A stretch of DNA of 64,000 bases, from the NCBI GenBank assembly GCA_002633005.1, contig NMRA01000053.1, positions 702,608-766,607 on the forward strand, written 5' to 3'. The DNA is from Phoronis australis. Its lineage: Eukaryota; Animalia; Phoronida. The notes beneath the pieces were generated by a model that was not told the origin of the DNA, did no database searches, and worked only from the letters and a program-made list of their open reading frames with translations. The position numbers were made by a program, and so were the translations under genes. Positions 1 to 18,772 of this stretch are shown here, in pieces (the first letter of the stretch is position 1; every line of letters begins with the position of its first letter).

Positions 1-320
1 ATGAATGTCATGATTTTTTAAGAAAAAAGTCATAAGTCGCGTCAAACAAAAATTTTAAAGAAATTATAATCCAAAAAATGTAACAGCGTTTTGAGATTTC
101 ATGTTGCACATTTATATCAAACAAAATTTGGTCATGTTATTGACACCGTTATTTTGCTTTACTAAAAAGACATGGTCACGTGACCCAGCTAATAACAGAT
201 TGGTGCAGTCAATAATTATATTCTACAGGCTTTCTAATTTCAGAAAATATGTACTTTTGCCAAGTTGAAATCTTTAGTTTTGTAGATATTTGACTAAATA
301 CAACGACCAATCAATAAGGT
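1..320. repeat. Interspersed repeat fragment, second copy at about 40520-40810
   Basis: atttggtcatgttattgacaccgttattttgcttt...aaagacatggtcacgtgacc (126-185) aligns by eye to atttgatcatgttattgataccgttgttttgcttt...aaagacatagtcaagtaaacc (40611-40683), with further similarity downstream. Confidence 0.65.
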
Positions 321-444
321 CCTGCATAACCATAAAGTCACGGCAGCGTGTTTTCAAAGTACGTTGCATAAATAAGAGCTTTTTGTACAACGTATTATCC
401 TGTGTTCAAAGCAACGGTGCGCTATACGAAATCCAACAAATTAC

Positions 445-3400
445 CTTCACCTTGTTCTCTGTCATGTCCACATCCTTGTTTCCTCAAGCCAAGAAAGAAT
501 TCATCACCTGTGTCTTTGCCCTGTCGAGAATCATTACTCAGCAAATGAGACCGTCAAAATGGTAACGGCGCTGTTTGTCACATTCACTTGTAATCAAATT
601 CCAGTCCCATGAAATCAAACAGCAGGACACTGAATTTTCCCGCGTTTTACACTTGTTCCGATCAGTAACTGGTCGGATGTCTGTGACGTTTTCTTCGTGA
701 TCACCCTTTATGGGTCATCCCTGGAGATGTCTCATGAGAGACGAAGTTCCGGATAATTGTATTGTATATATTTTTGTTATGTGATTTGAATATGAAGCCG
801 GTAATATTGACTTTTTGTGCTATCCTCACTGTCATGAGCATGGGTCATCTTTTACAACAATTGAGGCCTGACCTGATATCAGCCTGCCGTAAAATTAGAG
901 ATTTTATCTATTAAGGCCATTAAATACAAATGGAATATAGTGTTCAACAAAACTTGTTTTAAGGAACATTTGCTGATACTCTGTCATCATCTGTATTACA
1001 ACTACCTGACGGGATGACAATGTCGTTGAATAACGTTTTAACGTTATCCGTTTAGCCCTTCCTAACTCCAAAGAAATGAATGAAATACCTGGTTTTCAAC
1101 TTCTTTGACCATTTCTATTCCGTCAGCTGGTTGCCTTGAATGACCTGGCGGCAATAAAAAGTGCAATTTTTGTTGAACATAAGCTGTTTAATAAATGAGT
1201 TATCAATTGAACTTAAAGTGACTCAACTCCAAAATGAGCCTCAGTATAATATGCTAGCTAACGTCTAACGTGATGACGAAAACTTGAAATTTGAGAAAAA
1301 ACCAACAGAATGCAAAGATACATCATTTCAAACTCCATAATCGAGTGAACATTGGCTCATGATACAAATGAAACAAGTCACTGTCTTAACTGAAGACTTT
1401 GCCCACATAAAAATGCATTGTCAGCATCTGGAGAACTTCCTTTGCAACGTTTTTTAGTCCTGTGGATATTTAGTCAGCAAAAGGTCCATATCAACAGAAA
1501 TTCGAGCAACCCCCCATATTGAAGGCTGGGTACGTGCATGTATTGTGCTATACGCGCCTTGAAACGGCGTTAAATGTAAGACTAGCGGAAAGCACGAGTT
1601 CCATTCTCCTTACGCACTTGTGCAATGTGCAAAACAATGTAGAAGCTCAAAGTTATCCAACAGAAAGTCGCATCATTAAATGCTTTAATTTGAATCTGCT
1701 AATACAAAGCCCTCAACGTATTTTCACCTTTTGTTCTATTTTGCTTGTCGGCACCTTGGTTTTGGTATTCCGGTCTTTTCCATTTGTGTGCTTCGGGCGA
1801 TAATTTAAGCTCAGAATTGGCTTTCAATCTTGGTGTTTCTTCGCCAATTGGTACCAGCCTACTTGAACTGTTGCGTCTGTCAACCGTTTCCCGGTCGTCG
1901 ACATCTGTCGTTCCGTCGAGCTCGAAGATGTTCCCCATTCCTTGCCTTTTCACCAAATTTGACGTTTCACTTTCTACCTCCGCCTCTCTAGCTTCTGGTA
2001 GGATGTCGAGCATCCGCTGCCCTCCCTCAGTTTCCTGTGCAAGGAAAAGTTGATCTTACAAATCTTCGAATGAAACAAAAACATTTTCGAACAACATGAA
2101 TACACAGCATGCCTATTTTGAACAAAGAGTGATAGAAAGAATGGGGGCAATATGCTAGCGTTACAGTTATTTGCGAACGAATTCAAATTATTTAACTAAA
2201 CCAGAGTACACTCAAGTCACAACTGTATAAGATATTCCGGAAGTGTCCACGAAGTAATACACATACCAGAAATAGATTTAGTAGAGACTAATGGCGTTGT
2301 CTTATTCCAAGGAGACCAAAACGATAACGAATGTACTTCCACAAACGCCGCATCGGTCCCTTGTGCAATTACATGATTTACACAGTGGGCACTTTTGCTC
2401 TGGCTACGTCCGTTGCTCAAATTGCACGCACTTCTGTTTTGTTAATTGTTCTTCAAATTGGCGCATCAGCTGTGTCAAAAATCATCCTATACTACACATA
2501 TAAAGCTGAATGAATTTGATGCCTAATCACAAATATGTTATGTTGAGACACCTGTGATATTTTTCCTAACTTGAAATTAGGACTTGCCAATAAAATGTTA
2601 TGATTCGTGGAATGAGAATAACATAAGTTTCATCTTTTGATACTCATATTATAGAGTATGTATACATTGTAATTGGAAAACCTGAATTGTATACATGTGT
2701 ATCATTATACTTCACAATGAACTGACCTGAAAACACCCAACATTTATACAATATTATTTCTTTTAGCTTCTGTACATGGGAACAATCACATTTTTGGTAA
2801 CACACTATACATTTGCACTTTGATGCATGAAAAAGATGTTGGGTGGACTAACAACAGTTTGGCAATAGAAGCCATCGTGTAAAATCAGTAAACTGAAACT
2901 AAAATGGTCCATTTGCAGTTTTGTTAGTCACGCAATGAGCTTGCTTGTACTTGGATTTGTAAGTGTAGCCACTCTCACGGTATAGTCCCCTGATACGCTG
3001 TAGAATGCAACAATTACGTTGCTAGGGCTCTTCTAAAATGTAACAAGTTGATACATTTTTTGTAATTGTTACAATTCACGTTGAATGCGCGTGCAAGAAA
3101 TGTAGCATTAATACATTTTACGAAAGCCACGTCATATTTCATGAGTTTGCATAGTGTTTGTAACAGTTGCTACATTTTACGAAATTGTTTCATTTTACGG
3201 CGTATCAGTTGCCTGCGGTGCTGATTGCATATCGTAGAACAACGTTATTTATGCTTATTACTTCTGCATTTGCTTAACACTCTCTCGACAGTGGGTCAGA
3301 AGACAGGTTTGAGGTTTTAAATATAAGTAGTACAGTTTCAAATGTTTAAGCATTTTCTTGAGGTTGAACATCAGCAGATACGCACTTGCAAATTGTGTGA

Positions 3401-5478
3401 CCCCTGTGTGTGCGGCCGTGTTGGTTTGATCTCCTCTTCCATCCCATCTGGTGACGTTCTTCGGTGACCTGTAAAGTTTAAAATGTTTAATGTTCCATAA
3501 TGATAATTTGACCAAGTCCACTATTGTTGTTCAGTGCTTTGCGAGGGTGCTAAGACCGAAAATTATTTACCACTTTAGGAAATTTCATAAAGTATATTTC
3601 CCATTGACGTTTCAACGAATAAACCAAAACGTTGAATTCCAGACCGGAATTAATATACGAGCAAGAATGACTTCGTCCGCCATTACTTTGTAGTAACCCA
3701 GCGTCATTAAATTAGAAACTGAACTTCATTGATGCACACATTTATCGAGCCACGCTTAAGCTGTTGTAAACACGCCAACAAATATCCTTCTATTTAGACT
3801 ATTTACTGTCATAAAATTGGCATCAACTTTTTCCTACTCTGGCGATGTTCATAAGGTGGAAAAAATGTTCTTTATTGCCGAATACCAGACTCAATCACGG
3901 GGTGATTTTGTGCACGGTAATGATCATACGTAAGCAGAACTGTTATTTCTTTCCAAGATCACACACCACTTCTCTCCTGATTACGAAACAACCAGTTTGT
4001 TGAGCTTGGTCAAGCAATAACAAAGTGGTAGTTCTCAAGAAAAGAAACCATGCATGTCTGGCTTGACCTACGGTAAAATACAAGATGAGATCAACTTTAC
4101 AGTGATAGTTGAAAGCAATACAGTTTAACATCAGCTTTGTCTGAACGAAGCCATGACCAATGCAATATGGTCACCAAAAATCGAAAATTTCGCAATCTCG
4201 TCAGGAATATACTCCTTTCTTTGACGTTCATTTGACACGTGTGATCGAGCTTCAGATTAACGAAAATATGGATCTCAGAACTGACTGTAGAAATGACATA
4301 AAATGTAACCAACCACGTATTGCGAAAATCGAACGCTTACTCGAGGGTTCCCACGCAATTGGTCAATTATCTGTTACAGTTTCCAGTGAAGTCGAGCGTT
4401 GCTGACATGCATAAAACACGAACATACCTCCAACGTTTCCATTTTGGTCTTCAACCTTAGAACCCATTGCACGTTGTGTAGGGATTGTCAAGAAGACGGC
4501 TTTAGGATCAGCCACCTTAGATGAACTCTGTTCTTCTTGAATTGTCTCCCGATCACAAGCACTTGGATCGTCTTCCAGGTATCTGGCAACATCTGGGAGG
4601 TCACGTTGATTTTTATCCTTCTCATCTGGTATGGTATACGACACATTCTCCTGGACAATGTCTGGTAACAGGTCATGCATTCCCGTGTCATCTGGTATGG
4701 TATACGACACATTCTCCTGGACAATGTCTGGTAACAGGTCATGCATTCCCGTGTCATCTGGACATCTCTTTTCTGCTTCCACCTCTGCATCGTCGGACAG
4801 GACTTGTGCCATTCCCTGTTTTCTCAACGGTTTATCCCCATGAATTCCATCCTGTTGAATTAAAGGATTTCTTATTAAGTTACGATTTGAAAACATACTT
4901 TTTGTTTGAGAATAAAGTGTAGCACTTCCATGACCACGTACTTTACATATTATTATATTAACTCACAAAGTAAGATGCTGTGTTTTGATACTGAAATTAC
5001 ACAGCTAAATATTAGGAACGTTGTTATCACCTCATGTATGCCGTCGACGAAACAACATTTTTTTGGTTTACATCATTTGCAGCAGGAGTAAATTTGTTCC
5101 TTATAATAACAATGGTTTAACGGCATGTGAATAACTGACAGTCCGTTAAACTGACCGTAACAAACCAATTTTTCACCTTGGTTCTGAGTTGTAATGAATT
5201 CGCAATTTCCCCCAATCTCATAAATCTTTTCTGACATGAGTAAAGGAGAAGTGGAGTTCAGCTATTGCCTCTATAAGCCTTGCGCTTTTGTTTTCATCTT
5301 ATACTTATACCTTTCTCTCGCCAGTATCCTTTTCAGAACACTTAATGAATTGTTGCAAGTGGCTTATGTCCTGTTCCAACTTTTCTAACTTCATGAAGTT
5401 TTGCTCCAATTTTTCAAGTATTGTCGCGAAGCCGCTTTCGCTGTTACAATAATGCTCGTTTCTTAGGTAACTCCCAAC
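445..5478 (-). CDS. Uncharacterised multi-exon protein-coding gene, partial. Acidic, low-complexity product; continues off the left edge and the 5' end is not defined
   Basis: Six AG/GT-bounded exons with compatible phases and no stops: 5478-5311 (VGSYLRNEHY...LEKLEQNFMKLEKLEQDISHLQQFIK, coiled-coil-like), 4851-4428, 3468-3386, 2034-1728, 1144-1089, 520-445. These explain track ORFs 4363..4896 and 1699..2013. No family recognised. Confidence 0.6.
4622..4761. repeat. Perfect 66-bp tandem duplication inside a coding exon (22-aa repeat PDDTGMHDLLPDIVQENVSYTI)
   Basis: Identical units start at 4622 and 4688; frame is preserved in ORF 4363..4896. Confidence 0.9.
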
Positions 5479-6879
5479 CTGGAAATATTGAAAACGTTTT
5501 TAGATCTCATGCTCCGATATTTGCTGTGTGTGGCGTCGTTCAAGCGTTAATATCCGGATTTTGTTGTTTATCGCTTGATCTTTGCTGAATTAATCATTAT
5601 GCATCGCCATACTCGTAAATTTGCAGTTCACTTATTACTGAGAATTTTCTCATCAGTGTCCCAGTTAATAAAGATAATACTATTAAAGGTTAAGAACCTT
5701 TGCAGAACATTAAGTATTAGAACTGCATTGGTCAGGCCTTTCAAATACTAGCTGACTTCGAGACGTTTAGATACATTGCTTTTATAAGTAATCTGTGGAT
5801 AACTCCTGAGCGCCGCAAATTCCATGCTCGTATTAACAATACGCTTATAATCTTGATAATGTTGGCCATTAGCAGTTTCCTGGAAGCCAAATTCATCAGC
5901 AAGTAATTACATGTAAAGACAATGGCGTTAACCTGAAACATTCTATTGCCAGCAATACGATAACCTGAAGAATTTTGTTGCCAGCAATGAAATTCAAACC
6001 TTTGGACAACAACGCCTAACATATATGTATGTAGTTTAAAGCCATTCGAAACACCTCGGGTATCGTCTTAGCCTCAAATTTTACCGAAGTAAGTGAACGT
6101 CATCTACACTTGTGCGAACGTCTGTCATACATCCAGTCAGTCTCCTATGACTGAAGACTTCACATGCACAGAAAATGTTCACCGGCTAGGAGAAATTTGA
6201 AGCTAGATGTACCAGATGGATCACACCATAACAACAAACGAATAGCTAACTCCAATTATGTCGGCTTTCAAAAAGTAGATATAGAACAGACCATGAACAA
6301 ACTCACGGAAATGTTTACCTTGGAATATAGGCTGGACGTGAAATTTCCCATTTTTCTGACTTCAGCAATTTATTCTTACTGAAAGTAGACATTAAGTTCT
6401 GAATAAAAATATGTTACAGGAAGTCTCTAGTAGAGAAATGCTAATTTGTTCGCGACCGGAAGGACTTCCAATGAATCCCAACCTCACTTTTCAATGAACA
6501 GGGGAGCCAAACGTAAAGTTGAGATGAGTTTCAACCGGAGGAAGGATTTTTTACAATTAACAATACACCCGTGGTTACGGTAGTCAGTACTGGTAGTCTT
6601 TTGTTCCTAAAATTAAAAAGGCCAACGAAGAGGTTGCCACCAACACAAATGATGTACTTAACTCCAATTTAAACAAAACCGTTGCAAAACTGATGCAGTA
6701 AGCTTGAGGAGTGTGACCCGGATGTCATCAATTCTCATAAGCGCGAGATTGTTGCTAAATTTGTTCCCACATTTAACGAGTATTACGTCGACGGGTTGTT
6801 TAGGCCTATTTTGATAGTCGACGCTTGGCTTTCGGCAACTTTTTTGGCAAGCCTTTTGCCAAAATTCTCTCTCAGAGGC

Positions 6880-7250
6880 ATGTCTAACTTTCTCAACGAG
6901 CTGTAGAATAATCTTTGTGACGTGCAGTTTTGAATTATTTGGGCCAGAACTTCCTTATCAATGTCCGCTAACAGTACACTGACAAATTTGTTGAGAGCCT
7001 GCTGTCCAAGTTTTCAATTTTTTTGTTTACATACCCGAACCTAATTTATAAGAAAAATGTGGCAATAAAAGCGCGTTTTCCCTAATTCGATCACAGGAGA
7101 AGTGATATTGATCTTGCAAACTAGCAGTTCGTCATTTCTCGAGACCATGTTCCGTGACAAGCCAACTTGTACAGCCAACCAAAGATACTGTATACCTAAT
7201 ATTTTGAGCCAACGTCAACGAATTATGGGATGTCAGTAAATTCGTTTCCT
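6880..7250 (-). pseudogene. Possible frameshifted death-fold (DEATH/CARD-like) coding remnant
   Basis: Fragments in different minus-strand frames: ...LTLAQNI..., ...WLAVQVGLSRNMVSR..., KLGQQALNKFVSVLLADIDKEVLAQIIQ. They resemble death-fold helix patterns. Recognised by eye only. Confidence 0.25.
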
Positions 7251-8582
7251 GAGCCCGAAGTCACACTAAACAAAATTTGACTACAGAACAATTTGAAACC
7301 ATATCGGTTAGAGGGCTAAAAATGTGTCAGTCGTTTTAAATCTATCAAGTATCACTAATCAATTTCACTACAGACGACTTTAGGGGGCTCACAGAGCTCT
7401 TCCAAGAAACGACCAAACCAACGCCACTGACATGCTGTATTCAGCTGCTACGTAAACAGAGAGTCTTTCGAGGGGCCACTTTACGACACCTTATATCCGG
7501 TGGTACTAGGAAGGAGATAGTTCAGCAACTTTTCAGTCACAGTCACTACGTCGATCGACACATATTTAAAAGAACAGTGTCTTAGACCTAGTCAACAAAC
7601 TGATGCGAATCTCGGAAACTCCGGGTAACTTACTCATATTTTCGTGGATAAATGTACTTGAAAATCTGTTTCATTCATACTCGATTCGCTCTAAGCAAAG
7701 GTTTATGTTTTTATAGACTTTTCATGTCCTTCAGTGACCAACCGTGAACCAGATCCCAGATTTGTTCACTTGAATTTAATGCTAATAGAGTCCACTGAAT
7801 GTAAGATGAGCAAGTAATGTAAAAATTGTTTTCTCTCCACTTGTGTCACTTTGAATTCTCGGCCATACCGAGTCGCATAACCGTTTGATCGAGCGATTTT
7901 TCTCGCATTTGATACCAGCTCTACCCACAGGGTGGACAGGTTATACCGGCAGGTACTTATAATCCACAGAATTGCACCTCAAATTGCAACTCAGGTCCCA
8001 AACATAGTCCATGTACGGTTGCCAAAATCCAGTCCCGGGGACCAGTGCAGTCAAGCTGTCTGAGCGCCACAGCCCGTATCAGCTAGTTCTACGGGATGCA
8101 GTTCTACAGAGATACCCCGGAGGGCGAAAGGCACTGGACCATCTCGGCTTAGCCGTTAGGTTGGCTGTGACATACACAACCGATTTCCAATATTCTCTGT
8201 GTACGTTCAGAGCTTTTGTTTGTTCATTTTGGTGACCGTTTGTAGAACTGATAATATTCCCCCCTACTCGAGTCATGGATTAGAAGCGACCTAGGTCAGG
8301 GTAGACCATGTTGAATATATTCTGGGGAGAATGCCGAACAAACTTTGACTAAACCATCAAAGTCATGTAGCATACGCACCCTTTGAGTATAGGAGGCAAT
8401 TTGGTGTATTTAATTCTTTCTAACTCGACTGATAAACTCACTCCCGAAATTCTTTCCGAATAGTCCTTCGTTCAGTTACCGAAATCGGAAACTAAGCTAC
8501 TTCTGTTCTGACTGCATCATAGCTTTTGCATGTAGCCGAAATTTTAAATCACATCGAGGTTGACCTCCATGCCCTCGGGAGT

Positions 8583-9833
8583 ACCAAGACCCTTTTGTCC
8601 ACCTGACGTCACATGCACGCTGGCGCCCCTAGTGGAGGTCAACGAACAGAGTTCATGGACCAGTTAGTTGAAACAGAGTGTACGAAGAATTGTACAACAC
8701 TCCTTTGTAGACTAGTGGCAATGGAGTATGACAGACGAATCGATTTGTATTGTAGGAGGTTGAGTCATTGTTTTTTGTTTTTTTTTTGTAGAAACATAAT
8801 ATCCGAAAAATGAGTGATATATAATATTGACTTCATGTAGATAATTGTAAATGTCATAAGTGGTTATGAGTCAGGCGTTGTAAAACGTTGCCGGCTATAG
8901 CGCGTGGGGCCGGTGTTTTTTAACATGAAACACTACGGAAAGTTTTCGAGCAACTTTTGTCTATATTTCTGGCTATGCCAGTGAAACACATAATACTATT
9001 TACCATATTAAGTGCTGAACTTGTTCACACAAATTAATTAAAACAGTTTTGTCAAATAAGAAAATCAGGCAAGAATAAGCTGGCTAAAAATTGGTGTAGC
9101 CAAGATTTGGGAAATATTAACATGTGGGGATCCATAATTCATTTAAAACTTTCTATGAAAATATTCAGACTGGTGCTGAACTTCTGTATTGAAATTGATA
9201 ATAATCGGCAGAATATTGCAGGCTCTACAAGGGTAGGTTAGGATACCCTGAGTGCCCAATTTGTTTTGTTTGTGCTTTGGTAACTCAGGGCGATGACACC
9301 ATTTGTGTGCCAGGCCTCAGAGAGTTCTGTTCTTCAGTGGAACTATTTACGGACGATGTAGGCTAGTCTTTGGCAAATGCGAGCCGATTTTGAACAAAAA
9401 CATACCGTTTTGGTTGACACAGCTTTCAAAATTTTAAAGAAAATGAAATAAGCGTATGCTCGTCCACAGATCCACTCACAGACAGCAGACGTCTTATCAC
9501 TGCCGTAAATTAAATGAGCTGAAACGTAAACACAACCTTTGCATACTTGTAACGTAGCCATTCGCCGCTACAGCGGACTCGGGACATCAGACACTCAACC
9601 GAGAAAAATTATTTATCATGCCGCAACCTCAGAAGTCACTATGTAACATATCACAAATGCATTTTTAAATTTCAAATTTCGAGGATTGACGAAAGCCACT
9701 ATACAGAGAGTTATTTGTTACAAATCTATCTCGTCTGATGCTACTTGGTCCTTCTCCCTAGGCTAAATTCTCATGGCCTCCACTGGGGGCGCCAGTGACG
9801 CGTGTGACGTCAGACGGACAAAAGGGTTTTGGT
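8583..9833. mobile_element. Non-autonomous TIR DNA transposon of about 1.25 kb, possibly PIF/Harbinger-ISL2EU-like
   Basis: About 55-bp imperfect inverted repeats: accaagacccttttgtccacctgacgtcacatgcacgctggcgcccctagtggagg (8583-8638) and cctccactgggggcgccagtgacgcgtgtgacgtcagacggacaaaagggttttggt (9777-9833). No intact transposase. Confidence 0.75.
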
Positions 9834-12482
9834 CAAGATGTTGACTTCATTAATTGCTGATACTGATACGCCATAGTTCGCTTGTGCTTGAAACTTAGCT
9901 ACCAGGGTTGCACCTCTCGTACCTGGACAAAATGACATCGTTGGAGAAAAAAACGTATATCATTGAAAGGAAATTTTAATTGCCGGAGTATTTGTTCGAG
10001 ATGGAAGGAATCAAAGAGATGAACTGTCTCTAAAGGGTTCCTATATGCTAAAGGGTTCCTATATGCTCAAAAGGATCTTCAAGAATAGTACAGCAACGAG
10101 GCTAGACGGTTTTGTCACTGTGAGGCATAATTTGCCGAAAACCATTAGTTATCAATCCTGCCGACAGGTGTTGCACTTTTAAAAATGGCTGCCTCACTAA
10201 ATCCGCGTTGCAAATGAACGCTTTGGAAAAACTTGAAAATTGTTTATGATAATTATCCAATCAGTACAGGTAATACATTTTTGGATCACCATGACTAGAG
10301 GATTCAGAAAATAGTAGTATCAAGTATGTACCTTAACGGAGTCGGATTGTAAACAACAACAACGTAATGGGAGATTTTCCATGACCACGACGTATACCCA
10401 GTATTTACCTTACAGACATCGCTCAACGCTTTAACGCTGCCATCACACGCGGTTGGAATGAGGACTTACCGGTTCTCTAAGTGTTCCCATCAATGTTTTG
10501 TTGGCGCAGACGTGGTCGACTGACATTCGACAGCAACTTACTATGGCGCACAAAAATATGTTTTTCATAAACAAACAGTTGTTAATCCATAACAGGGAAT
10601 AAATCTGCAGGATTATTTTTAGATTCGGGAATTTTCTCACACGTGACTGAAGCTCTTCGACAGTAGCGACAATACTTGCAGTGTGACAAATTGAAACTAA
10701 TTCTGTTAACGATGTGGCAATATGCTCTCTGAGAGGGGTTAAAAAATAGTGTAACATTGTTTCTTATTAACAAAGCGGAGTAACAATTTGGATATTCTGA
10801 ATGTAAGCAAATGACGTTAAATTGTTCCGTTCCACACAAATTCCTGTTTCGTGACACAATCATGATAGCACTGATGTCAACTTGAATAAAACAAAACAAT
10901 GCAATATATTTGCCTGGCTTATTGCGAATCATTTGTTGTTGGCCAAGCGGGTGAACGTTACACGCATGTAAATTTCGTGAAAACACTTGAAAGTTCGAAA
11001 AGCTTGATGTTGATAAATGCTGGAATTCAGCTCTAGGCCTATATTAGAAAAAACATTGCTTTGTGTTCTCTTGTCGACTACATATTTTATGAGGTCTGGG
11101 CGTGTTGGAGGGAGGGGGGGAGTGACCCACTTGAAGTGATGCTGAACATTATGTAGTTGGCTTCAACTGGTTGATCTAGATCAACGCTGGGATTTGGGCG
11201 TTTCTTACGGGATAAACCAAACACAGAATTTGTCTGGCAGTGTTCTTTTATGGTTCACGAGATGATGTTGAATTTTTTGCAACATACTTTATGCGGTTAC
11301 ATCGTGGATTGATCTACCTCAGCTTTTTTTTTAACTTCCCCACAACTGAAGTCTGGCAGTGAATAATTTTGATACAGTGAATTAACGGTAGTAGGTGTCG
11401 CGGGTAATTTTAAGTGGTTACCACTAAGTTGATCAAGCTCAGTTTTTGACTGCCATTCTCATGCCCCCCCCCCCTGACCACACCCACCAGAGCGAACCTG
11501 CCAGGGGCCGGTCTCTAATCTTTGAACTCCAAATGAACTTGAAATTATTTTTGGCAATTTCTCTGATCCGTTTGTGCTAACACAAGATCAGTGGTTATCA
11601 AACTGTGCTCGAATACATTATAGTTTATGCATATGAGTTCCTAGTCCAAGTTTGCACTTGAAGACACTGATATTCGTGCTAAAAACTAGAGTAAAAAGTC
11701 GAAATTTCGAGTTCAAACTAGAACTAATAAATTATCCACCTCAGGCATTATGTACTCGATCGCAGAATAACAGACACTTATCTTGACTACGCACAAAAGT
11801 AATAAAAAATGCCAAACAAATTTCGAGTTCCACTTCAATAAAGAGATTACAGAGAGACCGGGCCCAGATGCCATCTCCTGACATTGGGATACCTATGGAT
11901 CCGTACTGTGATATCACAGAAAATCGGTTACGGTTCATCCTCAAAAAACCTCTGGGGTCCCGCTGTATACCTAGAGTACTTGAGCTAGCCCAGTTTCATG
12001 TTCAGGTAAGGAAAAGCCAAATTCGTCATCATTACCCAGTGCTAATGTTCACAGCACTGGGAAAGAGTGTAGACAGGACATAGCCTAGGTGCGACCAGCT
12101 GGCGTGAAAATTGCGGTGACGGAAGAATCAAAGTTATTTTCAGCAGCCCTAATACAAGCTTCACTTTTGTTCTCGTAATATTCCATAAATTCTTTTGTGG
12201 CAGTAGTGTATAACCAATAGCGAAAGATGCCAGTTTAGGCCCTTAACTCATTGAGAGGTGTTGAAATAGTTAGTAGTTGAAAAATCTACCGTGAGGCTCT
12301 TCACAATTGAAACAAAATCGAAAGAAAAACAAAAGCCTTTCTATCATTTTCAAAATTTATTTTTGTCAACAACTGTCATAACCGATGCCTTTGAGTATGA
12401 TAACAAAGTACAAAATAAGAATGAACACTTTCGCCAAATTTTGAGGGAACGGGTCAAGCAAAGAAGGAATGGTTTAAACTGC

Positions 12483-17362
<4,880 letters not shown>

Positions 17363-17502
17363 TCAAGCCTTCTCAGTTCGCACGGCAGCTCAGACAGGAG
17401 TGACAATACAATATCGATACAAGAGTTTAGATATCATACAATTGGTCGACAGTGACCTTTGCAAAGTTGACCTCCTCTTCTCGGAAAAATATCAATGCAT
17501 AA

Positions 17503-17534
17503 CCATATATAGAGTGACATGTTGCCGTATAAGG
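17503..17534 (-). promoter_or_regulatory. Paired near-consensus CArG (SRF) boxes upstream of actin 1
   Basis: CCATATATAG (17503-17512) and CCGTATAAGG (17525-17534), each one mismatch from CC(A/T)6GG, about 190-220 bp upstream of the ATG. Same spacing as the pair at actin 3. Confidence 0.55.
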
Positions 17535-18739
17535 CAGCGTGCCCTTATTTGTTCAGACCTTGTTTGTGTCGTCTGCATTTAGTGTTTAGATACAGGTTGA
17601 AATCCTTTAATGATGGTCATTGTTTCAGTAACAATCGCGGCAACAGAGAACTCTGCCAGCTGGAATGCCCCTGTGGCAAATAACACAGCGCGACAAAGGC
17701 AAGCCACAAACGCGTCATGACGAACATTTATGCGCTATCATGGATTGCGCAGTTTACCGTCGGGAGGATGTAACGATAGCACTGTGTCTTTAGTAGGATT
17801 GTGCGCACGTCATTCTAATGATAAACCATAACCATTTCAGTCCAAGTATGAAAAAATCCAAAAAATAGCATTTCCCGGCCATTGACCCTCTGTATCGCGT
17901 ATGTCATTTCGTGCACCTTAATGTACGAAGCGTTTCGCTGTTTTACCAGGTGAGAACTTGTGGGGTTTGTTTTCATTTAAGTGATATAGGCGTAATCGGC
18001 GACAATGAAGCCTACGCAATGTGTAACCTAATTTCTCGAATTTACCTCAGATTATCGCATGCGTGTATTTATAATAGGCTTGCCTGCGGTATGCCAACAA
18101 TAGTCAATAGAACGCAAAATTTTAGATACGTGTGCCTTTCAAACTGAAAATGCTCAGCAAAGAAATTACCTGGATCACATATGCACGAGGAAATGAGAGT
18201 TCAGGGTCCCGTAATAAGAAAGCCGTCTTAGATAAGACAAACCTTAAATTTCAGTTAAATTAAAATAAAACTCAGAATTTGTCTTGCTGAAGTTCGTTTC
18301 AAGAAAGAGATCTTGAGTTTGACTTTAGTTTTTGGCTTAAATTTTGTCCAAATTTTGACTAACTTGTCGGATGTGGGAGTTTCAAAGTTTGGATGTTGAG
18401 ACAAATCTTAGCGTTTATAGGCAGATTTTTGCACGTGTTGAAAGTTAATAACTTCCTGAATTTTTGTTATGGCTAAAACAGCGTTAAGGGTTTTTTGGCT
18501 AAAACTCGGATCACAGGCCTTTAGGTCAAAAATGAACTTAGGTCAGTTTCTTGGAACAGGTCGAGTGATAGTACTTGTCTTTTTGCTCTACGCATCAGAA
18601 GAAAATCGAGTTGCCTGATCGATGAGTAAACTTGTGCGGGTTTTGTCAGCTAAGAGATTTATGGCAGAGTCCAGGGCAGGAAACTTCGCTTAGTATGCAA
18701 AAAAATCAAAAACGAGTTTAACTTAGAGCGGCCTTTAAC

Positions 18740-18772
18740 TCAAGGTCGTGGGTTCGAGTCCCACTAAGGCAC
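18740..18772 (+). repeat. tRNA-derived fragment (T-arm/B-box), probably a SINE or pseudo-tRNA remnant
   Basis: GTGGG-TTCGAGT-CCCAC stem-loop at 18748-18764 containing B-box GGTTCGAGTCC. No D-arm or acceptor stem could be built. Confidence 0.5.

Noticed and set aside
10031-10068. 18-bp direct repeat taaagggttcctatatgc x2, and a 39-bp pair near 46760-46838
   Set aside because: Simple local slippage duplications with no supporting context.
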